From a bacterium (GTDB lineage Bacteria > UBP6 > UBA1177 > G963667425): a stretch of 64,000 nucleotides of DNA. The stretch covers positions 2,201,464-2,265,463 of the forward strand of contig OY763407.1 in NCBI GenBank assembly GCA_963667425.1, given 5' to 3'. Position numbers and translations under genes: made by a program. This document shows, in pieces, positions 8,513-18,120 of the stretch. Numbering within the stretch: position 1 is the first letter of the stretch; each line of letters opens with the position of its first letter. The notes under the pieces were generated by a model that saw only the letters and a program-made list of their open reading frames with translations, ran no database searches and was not told the origin of the DNA.

Positions 8513-10727
8513 ACAATCCTTTTCTTATGAATTCTTCAACGTGGAATGTTAATGAAAATCCGATGTAAAATGGTTCTCCGGCTACAAAGTGTTTTTCTGG
8601 TATTTTTGATGCAATTGTTTCGGGTCCTTCAAAGTTGCTTGCATAGTTGTATTCCATTGCATGGTATTTCTGGTTTAGAAGGTTTCTCATTTCTGTTCCG
8701 AGTGTGAAATACCATAATCTTATGCTGCCTCCGCAGTTTAAAAGGTAATATGGGGTTCCTGTTTCTTTGTATTTTAATGGCATTCCCGGCATGTATGTGA
8801 AGCCGAGTCCGAATTTTCCGGTTACTGGAACGGTTTTTATTGCGAGATTTCCAAGTTTTCCTTTTAGAACTATGTCTTCTCTAAAGATGAATTTTGGTAC
8901 ATTTTCTATAAGATCACCTTTTTCATGTTCGTCTGTTATTGTTGTGTCCCATGTTCCGTATGTGTAGCCTGCGTTTGTAAGGAATGTAAGAAATTTTCCA
9001 AGTGATGTTTCGTTGTTAAAGAGTATTGCATGTCTTGTTGATGGTCCTACGACTACTGTTCTGCCTGAATCTGCACTGAATGTTATGTCTTTGTCTATGT
9101 TTGCAAAAAGGTACGAGAATTGTGTTTTTGATGATATAAAGCTCTTTTTTTCTTTGTAGTTGTAAAGTAATCCTGTTTCAAACTGATGCGATCTTGAAAA
9201 TGGTGCTGCTTCGTTGTCTGATAGAGACATTGCATCAACAGATCTGGTTGCATGTCCATAACTTGCGGTGAGTGTTAATCCTTTTACGATGTTTATTCCA
9301 GCACGTACTCTCGGATTTAACGTATATCCGTATGCTTTTACTGTCTGATCAGGTTCTGATGATGTGGTGTTGAGCAAATCTTCTGATTCACTTTTTTTGG
9401 TTACGTTAAAGCTGAAACTGTCTATTCTTAATCCACCTTCTAATTTGAATCTTTTTAAGAAGTTTACTTCACTTCCTGCCCAGCCTGAGATGTTTATGAC
9501 TGTGAATGTGTCATCAAATACTTCTGCATAGGGATTTCCAAGTGTTGCTGTAAGCTTGTACTGTGAGGTTTCACCGTGATCTAATCTTACATTGTAGCCT
9601 GTTTTTAACTTTATTTTATCTTCAGCTATTTGTGCGTATGTGTATTCGCCTTTTAATCCGCCTGTGAAGACTGTGTAGCGCATTTCTGTATCATCGCCTC
9701 GCTGATAGTCTCTGTAAACTCCATATTCGTCTACATCATTTTTGTAGCCTGTAAAGTTGGCTCTTAGATTCATTGTGCGGAAGCCTAAATAGACATTCTG
9801 GTCAAAGTATGCTCTGTCGCTTCCTGAAAGTGAGCTGAAGCTTAACAATATTCTGCTGCTTTCTCCTCCCTGATTTGAATCGTATGTGTCATAAAAACCT
9901 ATTTTTTCATATTTGTAGTCGTCTTCTCTTATAACTCCTGCCTGATCGTATCTTGAGGTGTATCCATAGGCGGAAAGTTTCCACGTGAAACCATCTTCTT
10001 TTATTCCTCCTGAATATCTGGCGTTTCCTGATGCTTTTATTGAGGCTCTGTTTTCGCCGAACCCGTCACTTTTATTAAATTCAAAGCCGGCAAAGGTATC
10101 GCTGTCCTGATTTTCAGGAGCAATTACGAGCAAAGCTCTTTCTGTGTTCCAGAGTCCTCTGCCGTATGTAACTGTTGTTCCTCGTTCTTTAACTCCAAGC
10201 TGATAATCTGCTGAACCTGCGAACCCGAAATCTCCTTGAGAAAGATCAAAAGGTCCTTCTTTTACATCTATTTTATTAACCAGTTCCGGTATTATGAAAT
10301 GAAGATCAGTATATCCGTGTCCATGTGGATTGCTTATTTCATTTAATGGAACGCCATCAATACTAAATGCTATATCCTGCCCTTCTTTTGCTGCAAAGCC
10401 TCTCATATATGTTGATGTTGCGTGTCCTGAACCGCCATGATTAACAACAAGAATTCCTGGTGCGAGCATTAACTGTTCGGCTGCGTTTTTTCTTGGAATT
10501 ATATGAAAATTATCCATATTAAGTTTGTAAGTTGATGCTGTTTCAGGCTTTTTTTCACGCACAGTTTCAACTACGGTTCCTTCCAGTTGATAGGTTTTTG
10601 TGTTTTCCTCTTTTTTTTCTTCTTTTTTCTTCATATAAAGATTCAGAGGATTTTCTTTTTTTTCTTCTCCATAAAGTGAAAAGAAAAAAATCAGTGATAT
10701 TAGGAATATAACTATTTTCAATTGCAT
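8511..10727 (-). CDS. TonB-dependent outer membrane receptor with His-rich plug
   Basis: Signal peptide MQLKIVIFL, plug motifs (PGILV, MRGF, IDGVPLN, NPHGHGYTDLHF, IDVKEGP), beta-barrel-like strands, NLLNQKY; last gene of the TonB operon. Confidence 0.9.
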   Translation of the reverse strand: MQLKIVIFLISLIFFFSLYGEEKKENPLNLYMKKKEEKKEENTKTYQLEGTVVETVREKKPETASTYKLNMDNFHIIPRKNAAEQLMLAPGILVVNHGGSGHATSTYMRGFAAKEGQDIAFSIDGVPLNEISNPHGHGYTDLHFIIPELVNKIDVKEGPFDLSQGDFGFAGSADYQLGVKERGTTVTYGRGLWNTERALLVIAPENQDSDTFAGFEFNKSDGFGENRASIKASGNARYSGGIKEDGFTWKLSAYGYTSRYDQAGVIREDDYKYEKIGFYDTYDSNQGGESSRILLSFSSLSGSDRAYFDQNVYLGFRTMNLRANFTGYKNDVDEYGVYRDYQRGDDTEMRYTVFTGGLKGEYTYAQIAEDKIKLKTGYNVRLDHGETSQYKLTATLGNPYAEVFDDTFTVINISGWAGSEVNFLKRFKLEGGLRIDSFSFNVTKKSESEDLLNTTSSEPDQTVKAYGYTLNPRVRAGINIVKGLTLTASYGHATRSVDAMSLSDNEAAPFSRSHQFETGLLYNYKEKKSFISSKTQFSYLFANIDKDITFSADSGRTVVVGPSTRHAILFNNETSLGKFLTFLTNAGYTYGTWDTTITDEHEKGDLIENVPKFIFREDIVLKGKLGNLAIKTVPVTGKFGLGFTYMPGMPLKYKETGTPYYLLNCGGSIRLWYFTLGTEMRNLLNQKYHAMEYNYASNFEGPETIASKIPEKHFVAGEPFYIGFSLTFHVEEFIRKGL

Positions 10728-11896
10728 TTCATCAACTCCGTTCTGCATTTTAGGGCAAGCTCTTTAAGCTTTTTTCCTTTTTCAATATAAAATGGTGTGG
10801 CAAACTTTGAAATTATGTTTTCCATTTCATTATAATTTTCTGTTTTAAAAGCTGAATAGGCTAGTTTATAAAATATGTTTTCATTTTTTATATTTTCTTT
10901 TTCAGCTGTTTTCAGAAGCAGGAATGCTCTTATATAAGATTTTTCAGCAATGTAGATAACAAGTTTCTGACTTAACTTTTTTTCAGGGTTGGTAATAAAC
11001 TTGTTAAGCCTCATTGCTTCATAGTTTTCACCTGCGGCTCTAAATGCTTCAGCTGCCTGACAGTAATATTTGTTATCTTTAAGTGCTATTTTTTTAAACA
11101 GGTTTCCTGCGACCGTGTAATTTTCTTCATTTATGTATGTATATGAAAGTCTTTCCACTATTTCTGCATTTAGCGGAAAAATAATATTTGCTTCTTCTAA
11201 AATGTTCTGAGAATCTTTTATAAATCCTTTTTCTCTAATTTTATCTGACATATATAGATATAAAAAAGGGTCGCTTTTTTCTATTTTGTTGTATTTAACT
11301 GCAAAATAGCGGGCAGCTTTATAAAATCCTTCATCTGTGTAAAGAATAGATATTTCCTTTAAAAGGGTAGGGGAAGATGGGAAAAAATTCAGCCCATTTA
11401 TTAGTGTTTTAAGAGATTTTGATATGTCAGTATTTTTTTTATAGGCTTTAGACAACAGAAGAAAGTAGAGCTCTTCTTTTTTGCCTGATTCATAACCTTG
11501 CTCCAAGGCTTTTATGCTTTTATCAAATTCATTGTTGAAATAGTATGCTTCGCCGATGTAGAGATTTAAAAAATTCCTATCCGGATATTTCTGAAGAACT
11601 TTTGTGAGCATTTCTGCGGCTTTGTCATAATATTTACGGTTAAGATAGATAACTGCAACAAGCTGAAGGTAATCTTCATAAACAAATCCGCATCCATTTT
11701 CACTTGTTTCATAACATTTTTTAGCTTCGGCAAGTATTGATTCAGCTTTTTCATAGTTGCCATTATTTACTGCATCTGATGCCACTTCAAGATATGGAAT
11801 GAAATTTGTCTCTTCCTTTTTTTTGTTTTCTCTTAAAACTCTTGCATTTAAAGCTGTTTCTATTATGAGAAAAATTATAAAAATTAGCTTTTTCAT
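10718..11896 (-). CDS. Exported tetratricopeptide-repeat protein (TtpD-like position)
   Basis: Signal peptide; TPR-like repeats (YDKAAEMLTKVLQKYP, IGEAYY); follows tonB. Confidence 0.8.
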   Translation of the reverse strand: MKKLIFIIFLIIETALNARVLRENKKKEETNFIPYLEVASDAVNNGNYEKAESILAEAKKCYETSENGCGFVYEDYLQLVAVIYLNRKYYDKAAEMLTKVLQKYPDRNFLNLYIGEAYYFNNEFDKSIKALEQGYESGKKEELYFLLLSKAYKKNTDISKSLKTLINGLNFFPSSPTLLKEISILYTDEGFYKAARYFAVKYNKIEKSDPFLYLYMSDKIREKGFIKDSQNILEEANIIFPLNAEIVERLSYTYINEENYTVAGNLFKKIALKDNKYYCQAAEAFRAAGENYEAMRLNKFITNPEKKLSQKLVIYIAEKSYIRAFLLLKTAEKENIKNENIFYKLAYSAFKTENYNEMENIISKFATPFYIEKGKKLKELALKCRTELMKCN

Positions 11897-12543
11897 TCTT
11901 TTATCCTGAAATCTATCTTTTCTTTAAGCCATATTTTAACGTTTGACTTTTTGTATTCAGCGGGTTTGAATTTCCATTTTAAAACGCCTTCTGTAACACT
12001 TTTATCAAAAATTCCCTGCGGGTCAGCACTTACAATGACAACTTTTAAAACCTTTCCTTTCTCATTTATCAGTATTTTTATATTTACACTTCCTTCAATT
12101 TCTCTTTCTTCTGCAAACTCTGGATATTCTATTGCTCCTTTGGAAACTATTTCAGGCATTTTATCAACCATTTCTTCGGTATATATAAGATTTTTATTGC
12201 TTATATGTTTCTGTTTCAGCCCTGATCGACCTATTTTTAAGCCTCCTAATGCAAAGTTATCAAGATTTAAGGAAAGTTCAGGGGGATTAAATTGTGTTTC
12301 CGAAACTGGCATGACTTCGCTTTCTTCCATTTGCGAAATTTCTTTTACAGGTTCTTCTTTTTCTATTTTTTCCTTTATTTCTTTCTTTTCAGGTTCTTTA
12401 AAAACTATTTCGCTTTTTTCTTTATCTTTTCTTATTATTTTTTCAGTTTTTCCATTAAGATTTGCTATAAATGCAATTATAAAGATGTTCACTATTATTG
12501 AAGATAGTGCTATTAAAGCTTTTTTAATTACTTTATTAATCAT
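11893..12543 (-). CDS. tonB: Energy transducer TonB
   Basis: N-terminal TM, E/K/P linker, YPEFAEEREIEGSV...INEKGKV...FD...KWKFKPA; ATG at 12543 overlaps the end of exbD. Confidence 0.9.
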   Translation of the reverse strand: MINKVIKKALIALSSIIVNIFIIAFIANLNGKTEKIIRKDKEKSEIVFKEPEKKEIKEKIEKEEPVKEISQMEESEVMPVSETQFNPPELSLNLDNFALGGLKIGRSGLKQKHISNKNLIYTEEMVDKMPEIVSKGAIEYPEFAEEREIEGSVNIKILINEKGKVLKVVIVSADPQGIFDKSVTEGVLKWKFKPAEYKKSNVKIWLKEKIDFRIKE

Positions 12544-12952
12544 TTTTCTTCTCAACGTCCACAGCAATGTTTTTGCCGCCACCAAGCCTGCATGAATCTG
12601 CAACTTCAACAAGAAAACCTGTTTCAACATATTTATCTGCAATCAGTAAAATTGCTCTTTCTCTATTTTTTGCAAGCAGATTTTGAACATAAGACTGTAC
12701 CATCCAGCTGTTTACTGGTTTGCCATCAATGGTTATATCTCTATTTTTTTCAATCGTTATTCTTATGCTTTTTGAATCGGTCATTTCTCCTGATGAAGCT
12801 CCCGGACGTTCGATGTCAAGTTTCATCTCTTTTACAAAGGTTGTTGTCACTATAAAAAAGATTAGGAGAATAAAAATAATATCTATCAGAGGTGTTATGT
12901 TTAATTCATCATTTTGCTGACGTTTGTTTCTTATGTTTCCTAAATCGCTCAT
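12536..12952 (-). CDS. exbD: Biopolymer transporter ExbD
   Basis: LNITPLIDIIFILLIFFIVTTTF and IADK motifs. Confidence 0.93.
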   Translation of the reverse strand: MSDLGNIRNKRQQNDELNITPLIDIIFILLIFFIVTTTFVKEMKLDIERPGASSGEMTDSKSIRITIEKNRDITIDGKPVNSWMVQSYVQNLLAKNRERAILLIADKYVETGFLVEVADSCRLGGGKNIAVDVEKKND

Positions 12953-13326
12953 TTTTCACCTCTTTTAGAGTTTCTTTTATAAACGATAAAGCGACTTACA
13001 ATAAATGCAGGAACTGCCTGAGCCAAACCAAACTGCGTTGTTATGAGAGCTTTTGAGATTCCGGCAGAGATAAGATCCGGTTTTGAACTTAAATCTGAGT
13101 AGGTTATGACCTGAAAGGTTTCTATCATTCCGCTTACTGTTCCTAAAAGTCCCAAAAGTGTTGAGGAAGCAATAAAAACATTTATTATTCTGCGATTTTC
13201 AGGTTTTTCATCAAAAACATCGGAGATTATAAGAAACCAGATTATAAGTCCGTTTAAAATGAGCGGATAGATAACTATGCCGCCATGATTTATTAAAGAA
13301 AGAATGCTTAAAACTATTTCTCTCAT
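12949..13326 (-). CDS. exbB: MotA/TolQ/ExbB family protein (short)
   Basis: LLGLLGTVSGMIETF and GISKALITTQFGL motifs. Confidence 0.88.
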   Translation of the reverse strand: MREIVLSILSLINHGGIVIYPLILNGLIIWFLIISDVFDEKPENRRIINVFIASSTLLGLLGTVSGMIETFQVITYSDLSSKPDLISAGISKALITTQFGLAQAVPAFIVSRFIVYKRNSKRGEK

Positions 13327-14604
13327 CTACTCTCCTTTAATAATGTTTATGAGAGAAAGTGCGTGTTGTTCCATGTCATCAGAAATTTTATCTGACCATC
13401 TTGAAAGCAATGCATGAACAATAAGAACAGGAATTGCTACTGCAAGCCCGAATTCGGTTGTTATGAGCGCTTCGGAAATTCCGAAAGAGACAATTTTAGG
13501 ATCACCTGAACCATAAGCAGTAATGGCATTAAATGTTGAAATTATTCCTGTAACTGTTCCAAGAAGTCCCATAAGAGGTGAAACTGCTGCAATTATGCTC
13601 ATAACTGGAAGAAAACGCTGAAGAGGCGAAAGCTCTTTTAAGATTGCTTCTTTTGCTTTTTCTTCAATAGTTTCCCGCTTGTAGGTTTTATTACTTAAAA
13701 TAACTTCAGCAACATTTTCAAAAGGTGTTTTTCCTTTAATTTCAAACTTTTCACCTTTTTTTAACTTTTCCATTATGCTGGTAAATATTTTTGCTGATTT
13801 TTTATCTGCTTTTGAAAGAGTAAAAATTCTTTCAAGAACAATAAGAAATGCAAAAAAAGCAAGTACCAGTATTAAAAGAGCTATAATTCCACCTTTTTTA
13901 ACTGTCTCGGTAAAGCTTTCATTGGTTTTTATCTCTTTATATCTTGCATTTTCATTCCAGAAAAATAGTGGCTGCAAAGTTAAACTGCTTTTACTTTCAT
14001 TTTTACTCTTTTTCTCTGTAAGATAAGTAAAAAGTGAGCCTGATTCGCTGTTTAAAACATTAAAATCATCTCCAGAGAGGCTGTATGCAGCAAGATTTCC
14101 TATAAAAGTTATTTCGTTTTCTTCTTTTTTTCCTTCTTTGGTGAAAAAGGAACCTTTTTCTTTTCTTATGTGGTCATTTAAAGCGACGCTTTCAAACTTT
14201 TTATTAAAGGAATCAATAAATATCTCTGAAAAATTCTCTTTTTTGCCGCTCTTTTTTATTTTATCTGCAAAAAGGAGCTTTATTGTCTCTGAAAGCATCT
14301 CTTTTTCTGATTTTGATGATGAAATTGCGTTTTTAAGAAGTTTTTTTCTTTTTTCAAGCGTTGAGTTTTCCTTTTTAATTCCAGCAACTTCTTTTTTTAA
14401 CTTTTCAAGCTCATTTTGCAGCTCTTTACTGTGATGGTTATGTTCTTCCATATTTTTTAATTTATACTCTGAAAGCATCTTTATTTCAGATTCCAGCTCA
14501 CTTTTTTCAGCTTCATAGGCTTCCTTAAATGTAGAGTAGGGAAGCTCTTCGGCATTAAGAATAATGGAAAATAAAATGAAAATTATAAATAAAAATTTAT
14601 TCAT
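13327..14604 (-). CDS. Long MotA/TolQ/ExbB family protein with N-terminal coiled coil (TtpC-like)
   Basis: Signal peptide MNKFLFII, coiled coil, PLMGLLGTVTGII, GDPK..SFGISEALITTEFGL. Confidence 0.88.
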   Translation of the reverse strand: MNKFLFIIFILFSIILNAEELPYSTFKEAYEAEKSELESEIKMLSEYKLKNMEEHNHHSKELQNELEKLKKEVAGIKKENSTLEKRKKLLKNAISSSKSEKEMLSETIKLLFADKIKKSGKKENFSEIFIDSFNKKFESVALNDHIRKEKGSFFTKEGKKEENEITFIGNLAAYSLSGDDFNVLNSESGSLFTYLTEKKSKNESKSSLTLQPLFFWNENARYKEIKTNESFTETVKKGGIIALLILVLAFFAFLIVLERIFTLSKADKKSAKIFTSIMEKLKKGEKFEIKGKTPFENVAEVILSNKTYKRETIEEKAKEAILKELSPLQRFLPVMSIIAAVSPLMGLLGTVTGIISTFNAITAYGSGDPKIVSFGISEALITTEFGLAVAIPVLIVHALLSRWSDKISDDMEQHALSLINIIKGE

Positions 14605-15361
14605 TTTCGCCTCTCGGATTCTGCGGAAGAGGAAGGTATAAAAGACCTCCTTCAACGCCTCTTTTTAAGGAAGCAAACAGATTTGAAATTTTTTCTTTTT
14701 CTTTTTTTCCAGTTACCCTGAATTTTTTAGTTTTATCTCCACTATTCAGATAAAGATCATAATTCCGACCATTTTGAGCATACATCAAAACCATTCCAAA
14801 TCTTATAGTATCAGCATAAATTGAGTTTCCATTATCTTCTTCAATTACTGTTTTTGAAAAAGCTATTTCGTCTGCAAGTTTTGTCTCATCCTGCATAAAA
14901 CGCCAAAGCTCTGTTGCTGCTTCATAAAAGGTTATTTCAGATAGCTCTATTTTCTTTTTAAGTTTATTAAGTTTGCCCATTCTTTCAGATTTTTTAAATG
15001 GAATTCCCTTTTGAACATTTTTTATTAGAGAATCTATTTTTTCATTTAAAAAAGGATAAAGAGAAACATCTTTTTCCTCTATTTTTAACTGTTCCTGCTT
15101 AAGCTCTTTTATCTCCTGTTTAAGCTCTTTGTTTTCCTCTTTTACTTTATCTTTCTCAGATTTAAGAGAAAATTTCTCTTTTAGAAATTCATCTTCCTCT
15201 TTTTCAGATATTTTACTATCCTGCTCAATCTGACTGTTTAAAAGTTTTATCTTTCCTCTTAGCTGGGATAACTCTTCTGCCCATTCTGAAACAGTATCTT
15301 TTGCGTTAAGTGTAAATAAAAAGATACTTATATAAAGTAAAATGGTGGTTTTTCTCCCCAT
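14597..15361 (-). CDS. DUF3450-like periplasmic coiled-coil protein (TtpB-like)
   Basis: Signal peptide, coiled coil, GIPFKKSER, IRFGMVLMYAQ, C-terminal LYLP; lies directly upstream of the long ExbB. Confidence 0.78.
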   Translation of the reverse strand: MGRKTTILLYISIFLFTLNAKDTVSEWAEELSQLRGKIKLLNSQIEQDSKISEKEEDEFLKEKFSLKSEKDKVKEENKELKQEIKELKQEQLKIEEKDVSLYPFLNEKIDSLIKNVQKGIPFKKSERMGKLNKLKKKIELSEITFYEAATELWRFMQDETKLADEIAFSKTVIEEDNGNSIYADTIRFGMVLMYAQNGRNYDLYLNSGDKTKKFRVTGKKEKEKISNLFASLKRGVEGGLLYLPLPQNPRGENE

Positions 15362-16267
15362 TTAATTCTCCAATACTTCAAATTCACATAAACCGACTCC
15401 ATTAAAATGAACTCCTGCTCTTGCTGCATAATTTACAAAGGCTTCAAGAGTCAGGTCATCATAAGGTAAAATTCCATTATCATTGTATGTGACTTTTGAA
15501 CCGTCTTTATTTCTTAACGTATCCCCATTTTCATCTTTTAAATCAGTAAGATCCTGCTCATAAAGCTCTTTTTCTGTTACTGTGTCATCATCTCCTGCTA
15601 CTGCTGCAAAAGCATCAAAACGTAAGTCTTCATCACCAGATGCTAGTGTATCCCAGAAAAGATGAAGCGCATGTGCATAAATATATGCCGAAACGCTTTT
15701 ATTTCTTTCTATAACTATTCCTTTTGTCTTATCTACACCGTTTATGCAGTTAAAATATCTACTTGCCACATTAAGACCAAATCTGAAATTAACTTCCTTG
15801 TCATCTTTTGTAGCAACGCCTTCTATAAGATAAGAGAGAGAATTTTCTTTCATATATTCAAAATCATCCTCATCTACATTTATGTTTTCAGTCTTGTCAC
15901 TAACTTGTCTAAATGTAAATTCTATATTTAATCTTTTTGCAGGAAGATCGTTAAGAGTTGTGATAATGTTCTGCTGATCGCTTCCTTTTTTAAGATCTAT
16001 TGCCATCACTTTGTCAAGAGAGCCTTCAACATCATTATTATCCTGATTTGTCAGTTTTATATTTCCAATGGTTACTATATATTTTGTAAAAGAGAGGCTC
16101 CATCCATCAACAAAAGTGTATTCTGTTCCGTTTTCTGTATATGGAAATCCTTCCTGAAGTGCTTTTCCTCCACTTGCTGATAAAATCAGTGCTCCTGTTC
16201 CTGCATCATCTTCTGTTGTGCAGCCAAAAAAGGCTGCTGTTAATATAATTATAAGCAGATATTTCAT
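15362..16267 (-). CDS. Lipoprotein associated with the TonB receptor operon
   Basis: MKYLLIIILTAAFFGC lipobox; GGAG upstream; HALHLFWD and HFNGVGLC motifs. Confidence 0.8.
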   Translation of the reverse strand: MKYLLIIILTAAFFGCTTEDDAGTGALILSASGGKALQEGFPYTENGTEYTFVDGWSLSFTKYIVTIGNIKLTNQDNNDVEGSLDKVMAIDLKKGSDQQNIITTLNDLPAKRLNIEFTFRQVSDKTENINVDEDDFEYMKENSLSYLIEGVATKDDKEVNFRFGLNVASRYFNCINGVDKTKGIVIERNKSVSAYIYAHALHLFWDTLASGDEDLRFDAFAAVAGDDDTVTEKELYEQDLTDLKDENGDTLRNKDGSKVTYNDNGILPYDDLTLEAFVNYAARAGVHFNGVGLCEFEVLEN

Positions 16268-16268
16268 T

Positions 16269-17036
16269 TTAATTTCTCCATTTGACGTTATATGAGGTAT
16301 AGGTTTTAACTCCTGTAAGAAAAGCTGTATAAGCCTGCGAATCTTCATTGTGTGAAAATATGAAAACGCCATCACTTTCTTCTGTAAGTGAATCAAAATC
16401 AACGTTTATAAACCAGTTTTCAACTAGAACTTCCAGTATCAAGCTTCCTGACCTATCTTTTGAAAGCTCTATATCAGAATCTGGTGAAATATTTTGAATA
16501 GTTCTCATTGTACCTTCATCAGGAATTGTAATATCAACTATAAAATCTTTTTCTGTTTCTCCTTTAACGGCTTTTCCTTCTACATAAATTGAATTGCCAT
16601 TGAGATTCTTAAAACTTTCGCTGTCTGACCCCAAAGAAAGCGAAGAATCTTTTGGTGGATAGAGATACATTTCTGCTCTTCTGCATGTTCCTGCTTCACC
16701 TTCTGTTTTACCTGTTCGAGTTATATTTTCATCTAAAAGATTTACAACATACTGGCTTGTAACTTCTCCTAAAATTATTCCTTTATCAGCCTGAGCCTCT
16801 GCAGGACATTTGCTTATTGATGGTGCTTTACTGTAAAAATAAACCGGTCCTACTGCCATATATGCTTTTGTTAAAGAAATTTTCCAGTCTTTACCATTTT
16901 CAAAATTTTCAGTTGTTCCTGAACTGAAAACGCCTGCTATTCCTGTATCATAAGATATCTTTTCTCCTGATGTTTCACTGCCGCAGCTTATTAAAAAAAG
17001 AAGAAAGATAAAAGATAGGCATATTCTTTTTAACAT
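16269..17036 (-). CDS. Lipoprotein associated with the TonB receptor operon
   Basis: MLKRICLSFIFLLFLISC lipobox; GGAGG upstream. Confidence 0.8.
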   Translation of the reverse strand: MLKRICLSFIFLLFLISCGSETSGEKISYDTGIAGVFSSGTTENFENGKDWKISLTKAYMAVGPVYFYSKAPSISKCPAEAQADKGIILGEVTSQYVVNLLDENITRTGKTEGEAGTCRRAEMYLYPPKDSSLSLGSDSESFKNLNGNSIYVEGKAVKGETEKDFIVDITIPDEGTMRTIQNISPDSDIELSKDRSGSLILEVLVENWFINVDFDSLTEESDGVFIFSHNEDSQAYTAFLTGVKTYTSYNVKWRN

Positions 17037-17049
17037 TTTTTCCTCCATA

Positions 17050-17082
17050 AAATGCGAAGCCCGTAAAACAGACTCCGCATTT
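17050..17082 (-). terminator. Intercistronic 15-bp stem-loop (terminator/attenuator or mRNA stabiliser)
   Basis: Minus strand AAATGCGGAGTCTGT-TTT-ACGGGCTTCGCATTT pairs fully with three G:U pairs. Confidence 0.6.
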
Positions 17083-17094
17083 ATTTTTTGTAAA

Positions 17095-18072
17095 TTATTC
17101 AGCTTCTTTATATTTAATTATAAGAGAAACTGTTGTCGCTTCTTCTAAAGCTTTAAATTTTATTATTGCAGGTTTTGGACTATCTGATGTCACATCATCA
17201 TAAGTTGTTGTTACATGCCAATGTTCAACTAGTGTATCAGGACATTTGCCATTTGCTGTTCCACCTGAAATTAGTAGTTCATTTTCATTCATATCTAAAA
17301 CTTTATCCAGTATCTCTGCTTTATTTAAGAAAATGACATAAGCTCCACCTTCATCTGCTGTGTGTCTTACTGGAAAATGCACATATCCTTCACTGTTTGC
17401 GCTAAGCGTTACTGTTACAGGGATATCTGTTTCAACATGAACATCTTTAAAATCAGCAAAAGATGTTACTGCTGTAACTTCTTCAGGGGTATTTTCGGTA
17501 AACTGATTACATGCAAGCTGAGGAAAAGCTATTTCTTCAATACAATTTTTAGAATTATCAGGATCTACAACATATCCTTCATCACAGTGACATTCATTAT
17601 CATGAAGATGACCGTGACCTCCACATTCATCTTCAGCAACAGCTTCACAATGAGCCTTTGCATCCTCTTCATGACAGGCTTTTGATGTTCCGCATGATTC
17701 TATAGATTTATGCCCGTCAATACAGTTGTAAGCTATGTTTTTTTCACTATCACAACTAAATTCACCTTCTGAGCAGCTTGCAGTTTCATCAACGCAAACA
17801 GCTTCGCCTTCTGCTGTTTCAACACATTTATAGCCTTTACTTTCACAGTCATCACTCCAATGAAAGTGAGGATCCATTCCTTCAACAATGTGGCAGTACT
17901 CTATCTTATTTTCCGTGCATCTTTCCCAGCCATTAGTTTCTGCGCTGCATTCCCATGAACTTATCACATCAGAATCATTAATATCTTTGTCATTACTATC
18001 ATTTGAAGAGCTATCGTCACAACCTGTTATCAGTATAAAAATTACGAGAACAGAAAACAGTATTTTTTTCAT
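17095..18072 (-). CDS. Cys/His-rich acidic lipoprotein, putative metal binding
   Basis: ITGC lipobox; many Cys; DPHFHW, CHEE..AHC, CGGHGHLHDNECHC and EHWH motifs. Confidence 0.82.
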   Translation of the reverse strand: MKKILFSVLVIFILITGCDDSSSNDSNDKDINDSDVISSWECSAETNGWERCTENKIEYCHIVEGMDPHFHWSDDCESKGYKCVETAEGEAVCVDETASCSEGEFSCDSEKNIAYNCIDGHKSIESCGTSKACHEEDAKAHCEAVAEDECGGHGHLHDNECHCDEGYVVDPDNSKNCIEEIAFPQLACNQFTENTPEEVTAVTSFADFKDVHVETDIPVTVTLSANSEGYVHFPVRHTADEGGAYVIFLNKAEILDKVLDMNENELLISGGTANGKCPDTLVEHWHVTTTYDDVTSDSPKPAIIKFKALEEATTVSLIIKYKEAE

Positions 18073-18120
18073 AAAAATCTCCATAACAAATGTTTAAAAT
18101 CAAAAAATGTAAGTTAATAA

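Noticed and set aside
9977-9992. parS-like GTTTCCACGTGAAACC inside the receptor gene (a weaker one lies near 62925)
   Set aside because: At least three mismatches, with one arm broken; compatible with chance in coding sequence.
11951-14434. Plus-strand ORFs (214, 98, 87, 83 aa and shorter) over tonB/exb genes
   Set aside because: Antisense shadows with no recognisable motifs.
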